In this document: positions 50,004 to 60,455 of the stretch, piece after piece
Numbering within the stretch: position 1 is the stretch's first letter
How the letters are laid out: the number at the start of each line of letters is the position of its first letter
Program-made: the position numbers and the translations under genes
Notes under the pieces: generated by a model
Told to the model about the DNA's origin: nothing
The model's input: the letters and a program-made list of their open reading frames with translations, nothing else
Databases searched by the model: none
Assembly (NCBI GenBank): GCA_963816185.1
Contig: CAWFJJ010000028.1
Span: forward strand, 448,001-512,000
Direction of reading: 5' to 3'
From: Thermoanaerobaculia bacterium
GTDB taxonomy: Bacteria; Acidobacteriota; Thermoanaerobaculia; UBA5066
DNA: 64,000 nucleotides

Positions 50004-51764
50004 CTACGCCTCGACGGCAGCGTTCCCGAACCCGGCCCGGACGATCTCGTAGCGTTCTCTGATGAGGGTCGCGAGTTCGCCGTTGACGTCGGGCGTCTCG
50101 CCGAGCCGGTATCGTTCTTCCACGTGCGCGACCTGCGAGGCCAGGAAACGGTCCCCGAACACGTCCGAAATCCAGCGCGAGAAGTCGCCGCGCCCGAGAT
50201 GACCCTCGAGAAGAGACGCGGGAGCGGCCGAAAGAATCGTCGCGAGCTCCTTCAGCGTGCGCGCCCGAGCACGTGCGCCTTCCGGCCCCGCGAAGACGAA
50301 GGCCTTCTCGTCGGGCACCGGCACATCGACGTACTTCGTCCGATGTCTGACGTGCGGCGTGCGCCGAGGCGCCAGTCGAATACGGGAGAGCTCGCCCGCC
50401 ATTTCTCCCGTGACCGGGAGGAGAGCCGCTTCCCCGGGCCCGAGACTTCCCAGCAGCGCTCGCCATTCCGCGGTGTCTGCGGCGAGATCGCCGAGCAGAG
50501 CACGAAGCTGATCGATCTCGCGCGAATCCGATTCCCGCGTCACGATCACGAAGTCGCTCGCCCGAAGTATCGAGGGATCGAGACCCGAGAGTCGGTAGGA
50601 CACCAGGGTATAGCCGGCCAGGTCCATGTCGAGGAGACCGGCGGCGTCCGGCCCGTGAAGGAAGTAGTGCGCCTCGTCGACGACGATCCGGTGCGGAACC
50701 CCGGTTTGCCGCCTCAAGCTCGCGAGGGACGGGAGAGCGGCTCGCATGTACTCGAACTTCTCGGCGTGAGGGAGGAGCGAGAGATCGACGACGACGCTGA
50801 CGTCGGGATAGCGAAGCGCGGCGACGAGCTCGTGCGGCTTCGGCGGCGGGTTCTCGCCTCCCAGGATCAGAACCCCGGGCAGCGCCTCCAGGGAACGATA
50901 GTCGCCTTCGGGGTCGAGAACACAGACCGAGTAACGGGCCTGGATGAGCTGCTCCGTCAGCAGTCCGGCGATCCACGATTTTCCCGAGCGCGGTTCTCCG
51001 CCGATGAGGAAGTTTCTTCCCCGGAGAGCCAAGTGGAGAGGGCTCCCGTCCGGCGTCCATCCCAGGAGGATCTGGCGGCGGCCGGGGTGAGGGATCGGTA
51101 GCCGCGCGCTCCGCACGACCTGGCGGACATACGCGGCGACGTCGCTCGGGCCGCTGCCTTCGACGACGGCGTCGGCAACGGCTTTGAGCCAGCCGCTCCC
51201 CCACGCCACGGCCGCGCCGACCTCGCACGCTCTCAGCATCTCGTGGTCGTTCTCCGCATCCCCGATCGCGAGCGCGTTGTGCAGGGAAAGGCGCTGCGTG
51301 TAAAGCGCTTCGTGAAGGCCGGTCGCCTTGCTCACGGCCTGAGGGAGAACCATCGCCCGCCCCCGGTTGAAAACGATGGCGAGCGGGAGCTCCAGCTCTC
51401 TGATGACTGCAAGAAGGGCGGAGGCGGCATCGGCGCTCGCCTCGACGACGCACTCCCCCGCGAGAAACGCGATCTTGCGGCGTTCGAGCTCCTCGCGAAA
51501 ATGCGCGGGCGGCGGCTCCGCGAGAAGCCGGGAGACACCCGCCTCGGGGAAGGCGAGGACCGCCCCGTTTTCCGCGACGACGGCGTCCACGAACCTCAGG
51601 TCCCCGGCAAGGCGCCTGAGCTCGCCCAGAATCCGGCCCGTCACCAGGATGACCTTGATACCGGTGGCCCGTGTCTCTGCGATCGCCGCGCGCATTTCCG
51701 GGCCCAGCACGCCCCGGACGGCGATCGTCCCGTCGTAGTCGAGCGCCAGCGCCGTGAGTCTCAC
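50004..51764 (-). CDS. HAD-IIB (Cof/SPP-like) hydrolase fused to P-loop ATPase and small C-terminal domain
   Basis: ALDYDGT, LVTGR, ENG, K, GDAEND; then GEPRSGKS, DPEGDY, IVVDEAH; tail GDFSRWI.DV. Confidence 0.82.
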   Translation of the reverse strand: MRLTALALDYDGTIAVRGVLGPEMRAAIAETRATGIKVILVTGRILGELRRLAGDLRFVDAVVAENGAVLAFPEAGVSRLLAEPPPAHFREELERRKIAFLAGECVVEASADAASALLAVIRELELPLAIVFNRGRAMVLPQAVSKATGLHEALYTQRLSLHNALAIGDAENDHEMLRACEVGAAVAWGSGWLKAVADAVVEGSGPSDVAAYVRQVVRSARLPIPHPGRRQILLGWTPDGSPLHLALRGRNFLIGGEPRSGKSWIAGLLTEQLIQARYSVCVLDPEGDYRSLEALPGVLILGGENPPPKPHELVAALRYPDVSVVVDLSLLPHAEKFEYMRAALPSLASLRRQTGVPHRIVVDEAHYFLHGPDAAGLLDMDLAGYTLVSYRLSGLDPSILRASDFVIVTRESDSREIDQLRALLGDLAADTAEWRALLGSLGPGEAALLPVTGEMAGELSRIRLAPRRTPHVRHRTKYVDVPVPDEKAFVFAGPEGARARARTLKELATILSAAPASLLEGHLGRGDFSRWISDVFGDRFLASQVAHVEERYRLGETPDVNGELATLIRERYEIVRAGFGNAAVEA

Positions 51765-52423
51765 GTCCTGCTGAGGAGCAAGGCTCTCGAGGATCGCCTC
51801 TCGAGGATGGCGCACACCTCTTCGTCGGTTGTCTGTGGGAAAGTCTCGTAGAAGCGTCCTACGGCGTCGAAGGGCTCCTCCTCGAGGACGCAAACCACCT
51901 CGTCCGCGCATGCGGCGAGCTTCTGGACAGTCGAGGGCGGCGCCACCGGCACGGCCACGACGACGCGCGCCGGTCCCAGCTTACCGAGAGCCTTAACTGC
52001 CGCGAGCATCGTCGAGCCCGTCGCGAGGCCGTCATCGACGAGCAGAACGATCGTTCCGCGTGGATCGATCGGATCGAGCCCGTGCCGGTAGCGCCGCTCG
52101 CGGCGCTCGAGCTCGCGTCGCTCGTGGGCGGTCACCCCTTCGATGACAGGCCAGGAGAGACCGAAGTATTTGACCACTTCATCGTTGAGGATCCTGACGC
52201 CGCCGCTCGCGACGGCGCCGAACGCCAGCTCCTCGTGGCCGGGCACTCCGAGTTTGCGCACCAGGAACGCGTCGAGGGGCGCGACGAGCGCTTCGGCCAC
52301 CTCAGCGGCGACGGGGACTCCGCCCCTGGGCAGAGCGAGAACGAGGACGTCGGGACGAGTTCGGTATGCAGCGAGGCGGGCCGCGAGCTGTTTGCCGGCG
52401 TCGATTCGGTCCTTGAACCTCAT
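51761..52423 (-). CDS. Phosphoribosyltransferase family protein
   Basis: F.DR.DAG, LPRGGVPV, VRKLGVPG.EE, LVDDGLATGST. Confidence 0.88.
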   Translation of the reverse strand: MRFKDRIDAGKQLAARLAAYRTRPDVLVLALPRGGVPVAAEVAEALVAPLDAFLVRKLGVPGHEELAFGAVASGGVRILNDEVVKYFGLSWPVIEGVTAHERRELERRERRYRHGLDPIDPRGTIVLLVDDGLATGSTMLAAVKALGKLGPARVVVAVPVAPPSTVQKLAACADEVVCVLEEEPFDAVGRFYETFPQTTDEEVCAILERRSSRALLLSRT

Positions 52424-52518
52424 CTCGGCACCCAAGGACAACGTGGGGCGGGCCGCCGCATGCGGCGATGACGCATCTGCATCAGCCCGTCGCCGATCCC
52501 GGCGTAGAGTCGAGACAG

Positions 52519-52764
52519 ATGGGCTTCGAGCATTTCGAGCACGGAGCCGACGTCGGCGTCCGGGGTTACGGCGCCACGCCGGAGCAGGCGTTCGAGGAAG
52601 CTGCTTCGGCGCTCTTCTCTCTCGTCGCGGCCCAGGCCTTCGGCGAACGGTACGATTCCGCCCGGCACTCGAGCACCGTGGAGCCGAAAGGCGCCACCTT
52701 CACGGCGCTGAAGGTGGCGGCCGAGAAGGGCGAGTGGGTCGCCCAATGTGTCGTGGATGTCTGA
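52519..52764 (+). CDS. Archease, short form with internal deletion (81 aa)
   Basis: FEHFEHGADVG, EPKGATF, VVDV C-terminus; upstream of rtcB. Confidence 0.75.
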   Translation: MGFEHFEHGADVGVRGYGATPEQAFEEAASALFSLVAAQAFGERYDSARHSSTVEPKGATFTALKVAAEKGEWVAQCVVDV

Positions 52765-52779
52765 GAAGGGCGCGAGGTC

Positions 52780-54208
52780 ATGCCCGCTTCCCCGCTTTTC
52801 GAGATCGAGCCGAACGTCTGGGAGCTTCCGAGAACGGGCCGCATGCGCGTCCCCGGTCGAATCTACGCGAGCCGCGAGCTGATCGACGCGCTCGACGAGA
52901 AAGTGGGCGAGCAGCTCGGGAACGTGGCGACCCTTCCCGGCATCGTCGGCTCGGCCTGGGCGATGCCGGACGCCCACTGGGGGTACGGCTTTCCGATCGG
53001 CGGCGTGGCCGCCTTCGATCCCGAGCAGGGAGGGATCGTCTCGGCCGGGGGCGTCGGCTTCGACATCTCGTGCGGCGTGAGGACGTACACGACGGGCCTC
53101 ATGGAGACGGGGCTCCGCAGCCGTCTCGAAACCCTTGCGCACGATCTCTACCGCGCCGTGCCGGCGGGCGTCGGCTCGGAGGGCGCTCTCCACCTCTCGA
53201 TCGATGAGCTGGATGAGGTCATGCGCCGCGGTGCGCACTGGGCCGTGGAGAGAGGATATGGCGAAGCCGAGGAGCTTTCGCACGTCGAGGAGAACGGAAC
53301 GGTTGCGGGGGCCGACCCGGGCAAAGTCAGCCGGCGCGCGAAGGAGCGTCAGCTTCGCGAGGTCGGAACGCTGGGTTCCGGGAATCACTACCTCGAGCTT
53401 CAGGTCGTGGACGGGATCTTCGACGCCGCGGCCGCCCGTTCGTTCCATCTCGAAGAGGGACAGCTCCTCGTCGCGATCCACTGCGGCTCGCGCGGGCTCG
53501 GCCACCAGGTCGGCACGGACTACATGCAGGTTCTCGGCAAGGCCGCGCCCCGTTACGGCATCGAGCTCCCCGACCGCGAGCTGGCCTGCGCGCCGATCCG
53601 CTCGCCCGAAGGGCAGGACTACCTCGGCGCCATGCGCGCGGCGATCAACTGCGCTCTGGCGAACCGGCAGGTGATCGGCTCCCGTTCGCCGGGTCTTCGC
53701 CCGCCGCGTCCCGGAGGCGCGACTTCGCCTCCTCTACGACGTCTCGCACAACACGTGCAAGGAGGAGACGCACGCCGTTGGCGGGCGGCCCAGGCGCCTC
53801 TTCGTCCATCGCAAGGGGGCGACACGCGCCTTCGGGCCTGGCCATCCCGATCTTCCTGCCGAATACGCGGCGGTCGGTCAGCCCGTCCTGATCGGCGGAA
53901 CGATGGGGACGTATTCGTTCGTGCTGGCCGGAACGACCGAGAGCGAAACGCGGGCCTTCAGCTCCTCCTGCCACGGAGCCGGCCGGCGGATGAGCCGCAT
54001 GAAGGCGAAGAAGGAGTGGCGCGGCAACGAGCTCATCCGGGAGCTCGGGGAGCGCGGCATCCTCATCAAGGCGCATTCCGCCTCGGGCGCCGCCGAGGAG
54101 GCGCCGGGAGCCTACAAGGACGTCGAGGAGGTCGCGAAGGTGGCGGAGGACGCCGGCCTTTCGAGGCGAGTCGCCCGGCTCCGCCCCGTCGCCTGCGTCA
54201 AGGGCTGA
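52780..54208 (+). CDS. rtcB: RtcB RNA ligase; frameshift near 53683
   Basis: MPDAHWGYGFPIGG, GFDISCG, GTLGSGNHY, HCGSRG; second frame has DVSHN, HRKGAT, SCHGAGR, EEAPGAYKD. Confidence 0.88.
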
Positions 54209-54356
54209 CCCGAGCCGCTCCCGGGAGCGCTCCGACGCCGTGGTCGAGAACGTGTCGCAACGTTAGACAAACGTCCCCCTGTGCACTTACCCGAGTCCAG
54301 AGCCGGACTCTCCAGGAACAGGGTACCGGCGGAGCTCTATTTGAAAAGGAGAGTAT

Positions 54357-56333
54357 ATGGTTAAGAAGTATTCACTTCTCATCCTCGCGCTCGGAGCCGG
54401 TCTTCTCCTTTCCTGGCTTCCGGGCGGCGCCGCCGGCCCGACGGGGTGGACCGTCATCGCCTGGAACAACCTCGGCATGCACTGCCTCGACGCCGACTTC
54501 AGCACCTTCGCGATTCTCCCGCCCTACAACACGATCCAGGCCCAGGTGATCGACGCGACCGGCCGCCGGGTCACCGACCCGACCGCGGTCTCCCTCACGT
54601 ACGAAGCGGTCGCGGATCCCTCCGGGTCGATCAACCGAACGTCCGCCGGGAAGACCAATTTCTGGACGAACGTGATGAACCTTTTCAATTTTTCGCTCCC
54701 CGCCGACACCGGATTGGTCGGAAAGAAGATGCCCGGGACGGCCAACGCACCCCAGCCGATGGGGTGGGACGGGACGCTCCAGTGGTGGATCGCCGAAGGG
54801 ATTCCGCTCACGCCGTACGACGACGCCGGCGCGAAGAACACCTACCCGATGATGAAGGTCGCCGCCAGGAACCCGTCCGGGTCGATCGTCGCGTCGACCA
54901 ACATCGTGCTTCCCGTATCCGACGAGATGGAATGCAGCGCCTGCCACTCCTCCGGCTCTGCACTCGCCGCGAGACCGTTCGGCGGCTGGGTCTACAACGC
55001 CAACGCGCAGCTCGACTACCGCTTCAACATCCTGCGGCTCCATGACGACTTGCAGAAGTCGAACACGACTTTCACGGCGGCGCTCGCGAAGCTCGGTTAC
55101 AACGCCGCCGGTCTCGAGGCGACCGCAAACGGCGGCAAGGCGATCCTCTGCGCAAGCTGCCACCGCTCCGAAGCCCTCGCCGGGAGCGGGATCGCCGGAA
55201 TTCCTCCTCTCACGCAATCGATCCACGCGATGCACGCGTCGGTCATCGACCCGACCAACCACCTTCCCCTCGATTCGACCTTGAACCGCTCGGCGTGCTA
55301 CCGCTGTCACCCCGGATCCGTCACGAAGTGCCTCCGCGGGGCGATGGGGAGCGCGGTGGCCCCGGACGGCACGGCGCTCATGCAGTGCCAGAGCTGTCAC
55401 GGACTGATGAGCGCCGTCGGCGCCGCGGGGCGGACGGGCTGGCTGCAGGAGCCGGCGTGCCAGGAGTGCCACACGGGCTCGGCAACCGTCAACAGCGGCC
55501 AGATACGCTACACATCGGTCTTCGACTCTAACGGAAGTCCGCGCGTTCCGGCCAGCACGCTTTTCGCCACGAACCCCGATACACCCGTTGCCGGAATCTC
55601 TCTCTATCGCTTCTCGACAGGCCACGGCGGGCTCCAGTGCGCCGCCTGCCATGGCTCGACGCACGCCGAGTACCCGTCGTCCCACGTAAACGACAACCTC
55701 CAGAGCATGGCGCTCCAGGGGCACGCCGGGACCCTCTCCGAGTGCTCCACGTGCCACAACGCGAGCGTGCCGTCCACGATGAACGGCGGCCCGCACGGCC
55801 TGCACCCGCTCGGATCGAGCTGGGTGAACGCCCACGGCGACATCGCAAGCTCGAACCGATCCTCATGTCAGGCGTGTCATGGGACCGACTACCGTGGCAC
55901 CGTCCTCTCCCGGGCCTTCACGAACCGTAGCTTCTCGACCGAGCACGGGACCGTCCGGCTCGCCGCGGGGACACAGGTCGGTTGCTACTCATGCCACAAC
56001 GGTCCCTCCGGCGAAGGAAGTCCGCCGTCCGTCTCGCCGACGCCGACCCCGACGCGCACTCCGACGCCGGGTCAGACTCCCTCGCCGACTCCCGTCGGAA
56101 CGCCCAGGATGACGCCCACGCCGACCCCCACGCGCACCCCGACGCCGGGTCAGACTCCCTCGCAGACTCCCGTCGGCACGCCCAGGGCGACGCCTACCCC
56201 GACCCCAATCCCGACCCCAAGCGCCACACCGACGGCATCGCCGTCACGGACGCGGACGCCGAGCCCGACGCCCACACCGACCCGCCGTTCGATTGTCGAT
56301 GACGATGAGGCCATAACGCCTCGGCGCACATAG
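54357..56333 (+). CDS. Secreted multiheme c-type cytochrome (9 CxxCH) with Pro/Thr-rich tail
   Basis: Signal peptide, WNNLGMHC, and CSACH, CASCH, CYRCH, CQSCH, CQECH, CAACH, CSTCH, CQACH, CYSCH. Confidence 0.9.
   Translation: MVKKYSLLILALGAGLLLSWLPGGAAGPTGWTVIAWNNLGMHCLDADFSTFAILPPYNTIQAQVIDATGRRVTDPTAVSLTYEAVADPSGSINRTSAGKTNFWTNVMNLFNFSLPADTGLVGKKMPGTANAPQPMGWDGTLQWWIAEGIPLTPYDDAGAKNTYPMMKVAARNPSGSIVASTNIVLPVSDEMECSACHSSGSALAARPFGGWVYNANAQLDYRFNILRLHDDLQKSNTTFTAALAKLGYNAAGLEATANGGKAILCASCHRSEALAGSGIAGIPPLTQSIHAMHASVIDPTNHLPLDSTLNRSACYRCHPGSVTKCLRGAMGSAVAPDGTALMQCQSCHGLMSAVGAAGRTGWLQEPACQECHTGSATVNSGQIRYTSVFDSNGSPRVPASTLFATNPDTPVAGISLYRFSTGHGGLQCAACHGSTHAEYPSSHVNDNLQSMALQGHAGTLSECSTCHNASVPSTMNGGPHGLHPLGSSWVNAHGDIASSNRSSCQACHGTDYRGTVLSRAFTNRSFSTEHGTVRLAAGTQVGCYSCHNGPSGEGSPPSVSPTPTPTRTPTPGQTPSPTPVGTPRMTPTPTPTRTPTPGQTPSQTPVGTPRATPTPTPIPTPSATPTASPSRTRTPSPTPTPTRRSIVDDDEAITPRRT
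56037..56192 (+). repeat. Tandem repeat, 2 x 78 bp, encoding [16 protein letters not shown](P/Q)TPVGTPRxT
   Basis: Units start at 56037 and 56115. Confidence 0.85.
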
Positions 56334-56363
56334 AGGTCAGGCCGGCAAATCGAAATCAAAGGT

Positions 56364-56393
56364 GGGCGGACGCGCCCGAAAGCGCGTCCGCCC
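56364..56393 (-). terminator. Intrinsic terminator hairpin between convergent genes
   Basis: GGGCGGACGCGC-ccgaaa-GCGCGTCCGCCC, a 12-bp stem with a T-rich run following on the minus strand. Confidence 0.7.
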
Positions 56394-56441
56394 GAGATCA
56401 CGGCGCCGGAGCAGCCTGGCGCCGCGATCGATGGGATGCCC

Positions 56442-57956
56442 TCAGCGCGGGACCACGGCGGTCGAATCGTTCGTCGCGTTGTCGATGACAGAGGCTGACG
56501 CGGTGAACGCCCCGCCCTTCGTGGGCGTCGAGAGCCTGATGCGCGCGTCGCAGACGTCGCCTCCCGCCAGCTCGTGCCCGATGTCGTTGATCTGGGCCAT
56601 CCCGAGAGGGTCGAGGTGGACCTTCCGGGACCCCAGCTCGGAGCCGTCGGCCGCAACCATCGACATGTCCACGTCGAGCGGCTCCTCGGTCGCGTTCGCG
56701 AGCGTGAGGTTCGTCCGGAAGTGCGCATCCTCGTGCACGCCCGCCAGGAACCGAGCCCGGTCGTCTGTAATGAGGTCGTTCCGGCCGGCGGCCTCGAGGT
56801 CCTGGCCGAAGTGGCCGTCCCCGTTCGGGGTCATCGTCCGGCTCCTGATGACGAGCGTCGGAACGTTCGACGTGATCCTCACGGCACCGAAATCGTCCGC
56901 GACCCCGAAGAAGGAGCCGACGATGTCGTTGAGCGTGACCGTCGCTCCCGCCGCGAGATGAAGCGTTCCCTCGGAGCCCTGCCGTCCGTCGCGGTCATGG
57001 CCCAGGAACTTGATGTTTACGGTCGCGTCGGCCGTACCCATGTTGGAGAGAGTCACGTCCGTCGTGAAGAAGCTTCCGTCCAGACCGGATTTGTGCGCGG
57101 ACGACGGCAGCATCCACGTGTTCGTCGTGGAGACGGTCGCGGCCGACGCCGGGCCCCACTCCACGTCTACCCGCGAGGCATCGATCGATCCGTCCCCCTG
57201 AGACAACCCGTTGACCTCCACGAGTGCGCCGACCGCCAATACGCCGTCCTCCTGATCGATGCGAGTGGATGCCGTCACGTGCACCGTCGTCCCCGCCACC
57301 ATCCAGTCGCCGACGAAACCGGGGGTCGACGCCAGGGCCTGTACGGCGCCGCGAATCTCGACCTTCTGTCCGGCGCTCTGCGCCACACCGAGCTTGACCT
57401 CGATCTCGCTGGCGTCGATCGAGCCGTCCGAGCGCGTCGTACCGTGGACCTCGACGAAGTCCCCGACGATGAGGGCTGCGTCCTCCTGATTGATTCGCGT
57501 CATCGCCGTCACGTGGATCGTCTTGCCGCCGACGTTCCAGTCACCCACGATCCCGCCGGGCGGCAGGCTCTGGATGAGGCCACGGAACTCCGTTTCTCCC
57601 GGGTTGGGGGGCGGGGTGGGGGTGGGCGTCGGGGTGGGCCCGGGCCCCGGACCCGATGACGCGCGCTTGACCTCGATGCGCAGCGCGTCGACGGAGCCGT
57701 CCATCCGGAGATTCCCCCGCACCTCGACGACCGCACCCATCGCGATCGCGCCGTCTTCCTGGTCGAACCGCGTGAGCGCCGTCACGTGAACCGTCGTACC
57801 GGCCACTCCCCAGTCGCCGAGGAGCCCTCCGGATGGAAGACTCAGAATGGTGCCCGTGAACTCGAACGAGGCTTGGTCACCGTCGTCGGCCACCGCAGCG
57901 AAAGGAACGAGAACGAGAAGAAACGTGAAAAGTAAAGACAAGGATTTCGCCCTCAT
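56442..57956 (-). CDS. Secreted protein with three DUF5666-like repeats and a C-terminal beta-rich domain
   Basis: Three ~65-aa units (G.I..L......W.V.G..V.V...T......G..VEV.G....DGS.DA..IEV); C-terminal FRTNL...ASVIDN.T.D. Confidence 0.75.
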   Translation of the reverse strand: MRAKSLSLLFTFLLVLVPFAAVADDGDQASFEFTGTILSLPSGGLLGDWGVAGTTVHVTALTRFDQEDGAIAMGAVVEVRGNLRMDGSVDALRIEVKRASSGPGPGPTPTPTPTPPPNPGETEFRGLIQSLPPGGIVGDWNVGGKTIHVTAMTRINQEDAALIVGDFVEVHGTTRSDGSIDASEIEVKLGVAQSAGQKVEIRGAVQALASTPGFVGDWMVAGTTVHVTASTRIDQEDGVLAVGALVEVNGLSQGDGSIDASRVDVEWGPASAATVSTTNTWMLPSSAHKSGLDGSFFTTDVTLSNMGTADATVNIKFLGHDRDGRQGSEGTLHLAAGATVTLNDIVGSFFGVADDFGAVRITSNVPTLVIRSRTMTPNGDGHFGQDLEAAGRNDLITDDRARFLAGVHEDAHFRTNLTLANATEEPLDVDMSMVAADGSELGSRKVHLDPLGMAQINDIGHELAGGDVCDARIRLSTPTKGGAFTASASVIDNATNDSTAVVPR

Positions 57957-58081
57957 ATGACCCCCTGCGCACCCCTCCTTGCTTTAATGGAGCCGCAGCT
58001 TTTCGAAGGGCGCTCTCACGAAGGGCCGCGGCAGTCGTTCGATCGCCGGGCGGTATCGTGACCTTCGAGCAAGCACACGTC

Positions 58082-58097
58082 TGTGCGCCGCTTCACA
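58082..58097. promoter_or_regulatory. CRP/FNR-family-like box
   Basis: TGTGC-GCCGCT-TCACA matches 9/10 of TGTGA-N6-TCACA; upstream of the DUF5666 gene. Confidence 0.35.
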
Positions 58098-58235
58098 ACT
58101 TTGTCTGCAGAACGCACAGTCGGTGAGGTAGTTCACGGAAGAGGCCGGCTCTCGGCCCTCCGTATTCCGCTTAGACCTTCATCCACGAGACGCGGGAGGG
58201 CATGCGTCCACGCCGTTCAGCGCCCGCGACGACGA

Positions 58236-58451
58236 CTACGCTTTGCCGAGGATGGTCGTCGCCCGTTCCGTCATGTGCGGGAACAGGTCTGACGGGACCG
58301 CGTGGCCCGACGTGCTCACGACGTAGCGGGCGCAGCCTTCCTTGTCCGCCATGCAGAAGGAGTCTTTCATCGCCTGCGACGTCGAAGGCATGTTGTCCAT
58401 CTTGTCGTTGAAGAACTGGCACTTCTCGATCTTCTCGCACGCTGACATCAT
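58236..58451 (-). CDS. Small Cys-rich hypothetical protein
   Basis: AAGGAG RBS; C-x5-C-x-FF ... FC ... CAR ... VP.DLFP. Confidence 0.65.
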   Translation of the reverse strand: MMSACEKIEKCQFFNDKMDNMPSTSQAMKDSFCMADKEGCARYVVSTSGHAVPSDLFPHMTERATTILGKA

Positions 58452-58631
58452 GGTCTCCTTGTCAAACGATATAGACATGTGGTTATCAATTGTTACGGAG
58501 TACGCGACGGGAGTGAGGGTGCTACGGGGGTGTTCCTCGTCAGGCTACCTCACGTGCGACCTCCCGAGCCCGCGGGCCACCATTCGTGTTCTGCGAGGCC
58601 TTGACGGGCGCCGGCGCATGTGAGAGGTTAC

Positions 58632-58645
58632 CTACCACTCGGTAG
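58632..58645. promoter_or_regulatory. Putative TetR operator palindrome
   Basis: CTACC-ACTC-GGTAG, 16 nt before the tetR ATG; TTGACG -35-like hexamer at 58601. Confidence 0.55.
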
Positions 58646-58661
58646 TACCTTCTAGTCACGA

Positions 58662-59331
58662 ATGACCGCGCCTCACGACACCGCCGTCTCCCGCTCCCGC
58701 CGTGTGTCCGCGCGGACGCTCCCGGCGCGCGAGCGGCTCTTGGCCACCGCCTCAGAGCTGTTTACCTGCCGCGGTTACGCGGCTACGTCGGTCCGCGAGA
58801 TCGTCGCCGGAGCGGGCGTGACCAAGCCGATCCTCTACCACCACTTCGGGAGCAAGGAAGGAATCTTCCTGGAGCTGGTCGGACGCCTCGAGCGCGAGAT
58901 GGAAGAGCGGCTCGAAGCCGCTCGCCTCGAGCCCGGCACGCCTCTCCAGAGGATCCGGGCGATCTGCCAGAACCTCTACTCCATCGTGAGCGGGCACGAG
59001 CCGGAGGTTCGACTCCTCTACGCGATCTACTACGGCCCCCCAGGGGACGCCGGAGGTAGACATCGAGGCGCTTCCCCACCGGGTGGAGGCGGCGCTCGCC
59101 GAAGCCGTTCGCGAAGGGATGGCGTGCGGCGAGATTCGCCGGGGCGACGTCCGCTACACGACCCTCGCCATCCAGGGCTCGCTCGTCACCGCGATCGAGT
59201 GCCACATTGCCGAACGGGAGCCGTCGATCGGCCCCGACGGGCTCGACCGCCTTCTCGACGTCATCCTGCGCGGCGTGGCCGCGCCTGCCCGCACCTCACG
59301 CTCGCGCATCACGAAGGAAACCGCACAATGA
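58662..59331 (+). CDS. TetR/AcrR family regulator; frameshift in C-run 59036-59041
   Basis: GYAATSVREI...AGVTKP.LYHHFGSKEG; C-terminal half lies in ORF 59083..59331. Confidence 0.8.
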
Positions 59332-60455
59332 AGATTCTCCGGCTCCTCCTTGCTCTCGCCCCGCTCTCCGCCGCTGTTCTCACCGGCTGCTCCGGCAAGG
59401 GAAGCGGAAGCACCTCGACCGCTCCGCAGAAGATGGCCGTCGAGGCGGCGCCGTCTCCGTCGGGACGTTGCGGCAGACGATCGCCGTGGTCGGCACGCTC
59501 GAGCCGAAATGGCAAGCCGAGGTGAAGGCCGAGTACAGCGGGGTCGTGGCCGAGGTGCTCGTCCCGGAGTGGACGCGCGTGAAAAAGGGGGACGTCCTTC
59601 TCCGGTTCGACGCGCGCGAGGCCGAGGCGGTCGCCGCCTCCGCCCGCGCGTCGCTTCCAGGCCGAGGTGGCCGTCACGCGGGCCACCCGAGAGAGCGAGC
59701 GGACCGAGAAGCTGAAGGAGGCGGGCCTCGCCACGCAGCAGCAGGTCGACGAGGCCCGCACCGCCGCCGAGGCGGCGCAGGCGACCGCCGGCGCCGCGCG
59801 CGCCCAGAAGGACGTGGCCGAGACGCGGCTCGGCAAGACGGTCCTGCGCGCGCCGCTGGACGGCGTCGTGGCGTCCCGGTGGGTCAACCCCGGCGACTTC
59901 GTCCAGAACATGGGATCGGACAACACGATGTTCCGCATCGTGGATAACCGGCTCCTGGACCTCACCGTCGCGGTCCCCTCCTCGAGGCTTTCCGACGTCC
60001 GGGTGGGCCAGCCGCTCACCTTCGCGACCGATGCCGTGCCCGGCAGAACGTTCGAGGGGCACGTGCGGTTCGTGAACCCCGCCGCCGACGTCGCGAGCCG
60101 CACGGTCAAGGTCTTCGTCGAGGTTCCGAACACGCGGGGACGCTCCGCTCCGGGCTCTTCGTCAAGGGAGAGATCGTCACAGGTGAGCGTGCGAACGTCC
60201 TGACCGCACCGCGCACGGCGATCCTCTCGTGGGACCTCGCGCAGAAGCAGGCCGTCCTTTACGCGCTCGAGGGCGAGATCGCGAGGAAGCGGACGGTGAC
60301 GACCGGCGCGACCTCCGGCGACCAGGTCGAGATCGTCTCCGGCCTCGCGGTGGGCGACCGCGTCGTGACGCGCGGCGGCTTCAACCTGCGCGACGGCGAC
60401 TCGGTCGAGGTCGTCCGGCCCGAAGCCTCCCGCCTCCGACACCAAGAGGTCCTGA
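59328..60455 (+). CDS. RND periplasmic adaptor (membrane fusion lipoprotein); several frameshifts
   Basis: Lipobox LTGC, VKKGDVL, LRAPLDGVV, F.G.V.FVNP, GLAVGDRVV found in successive frames; breaks near 59452, 59657 and 60140. Confidence 0.75.
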
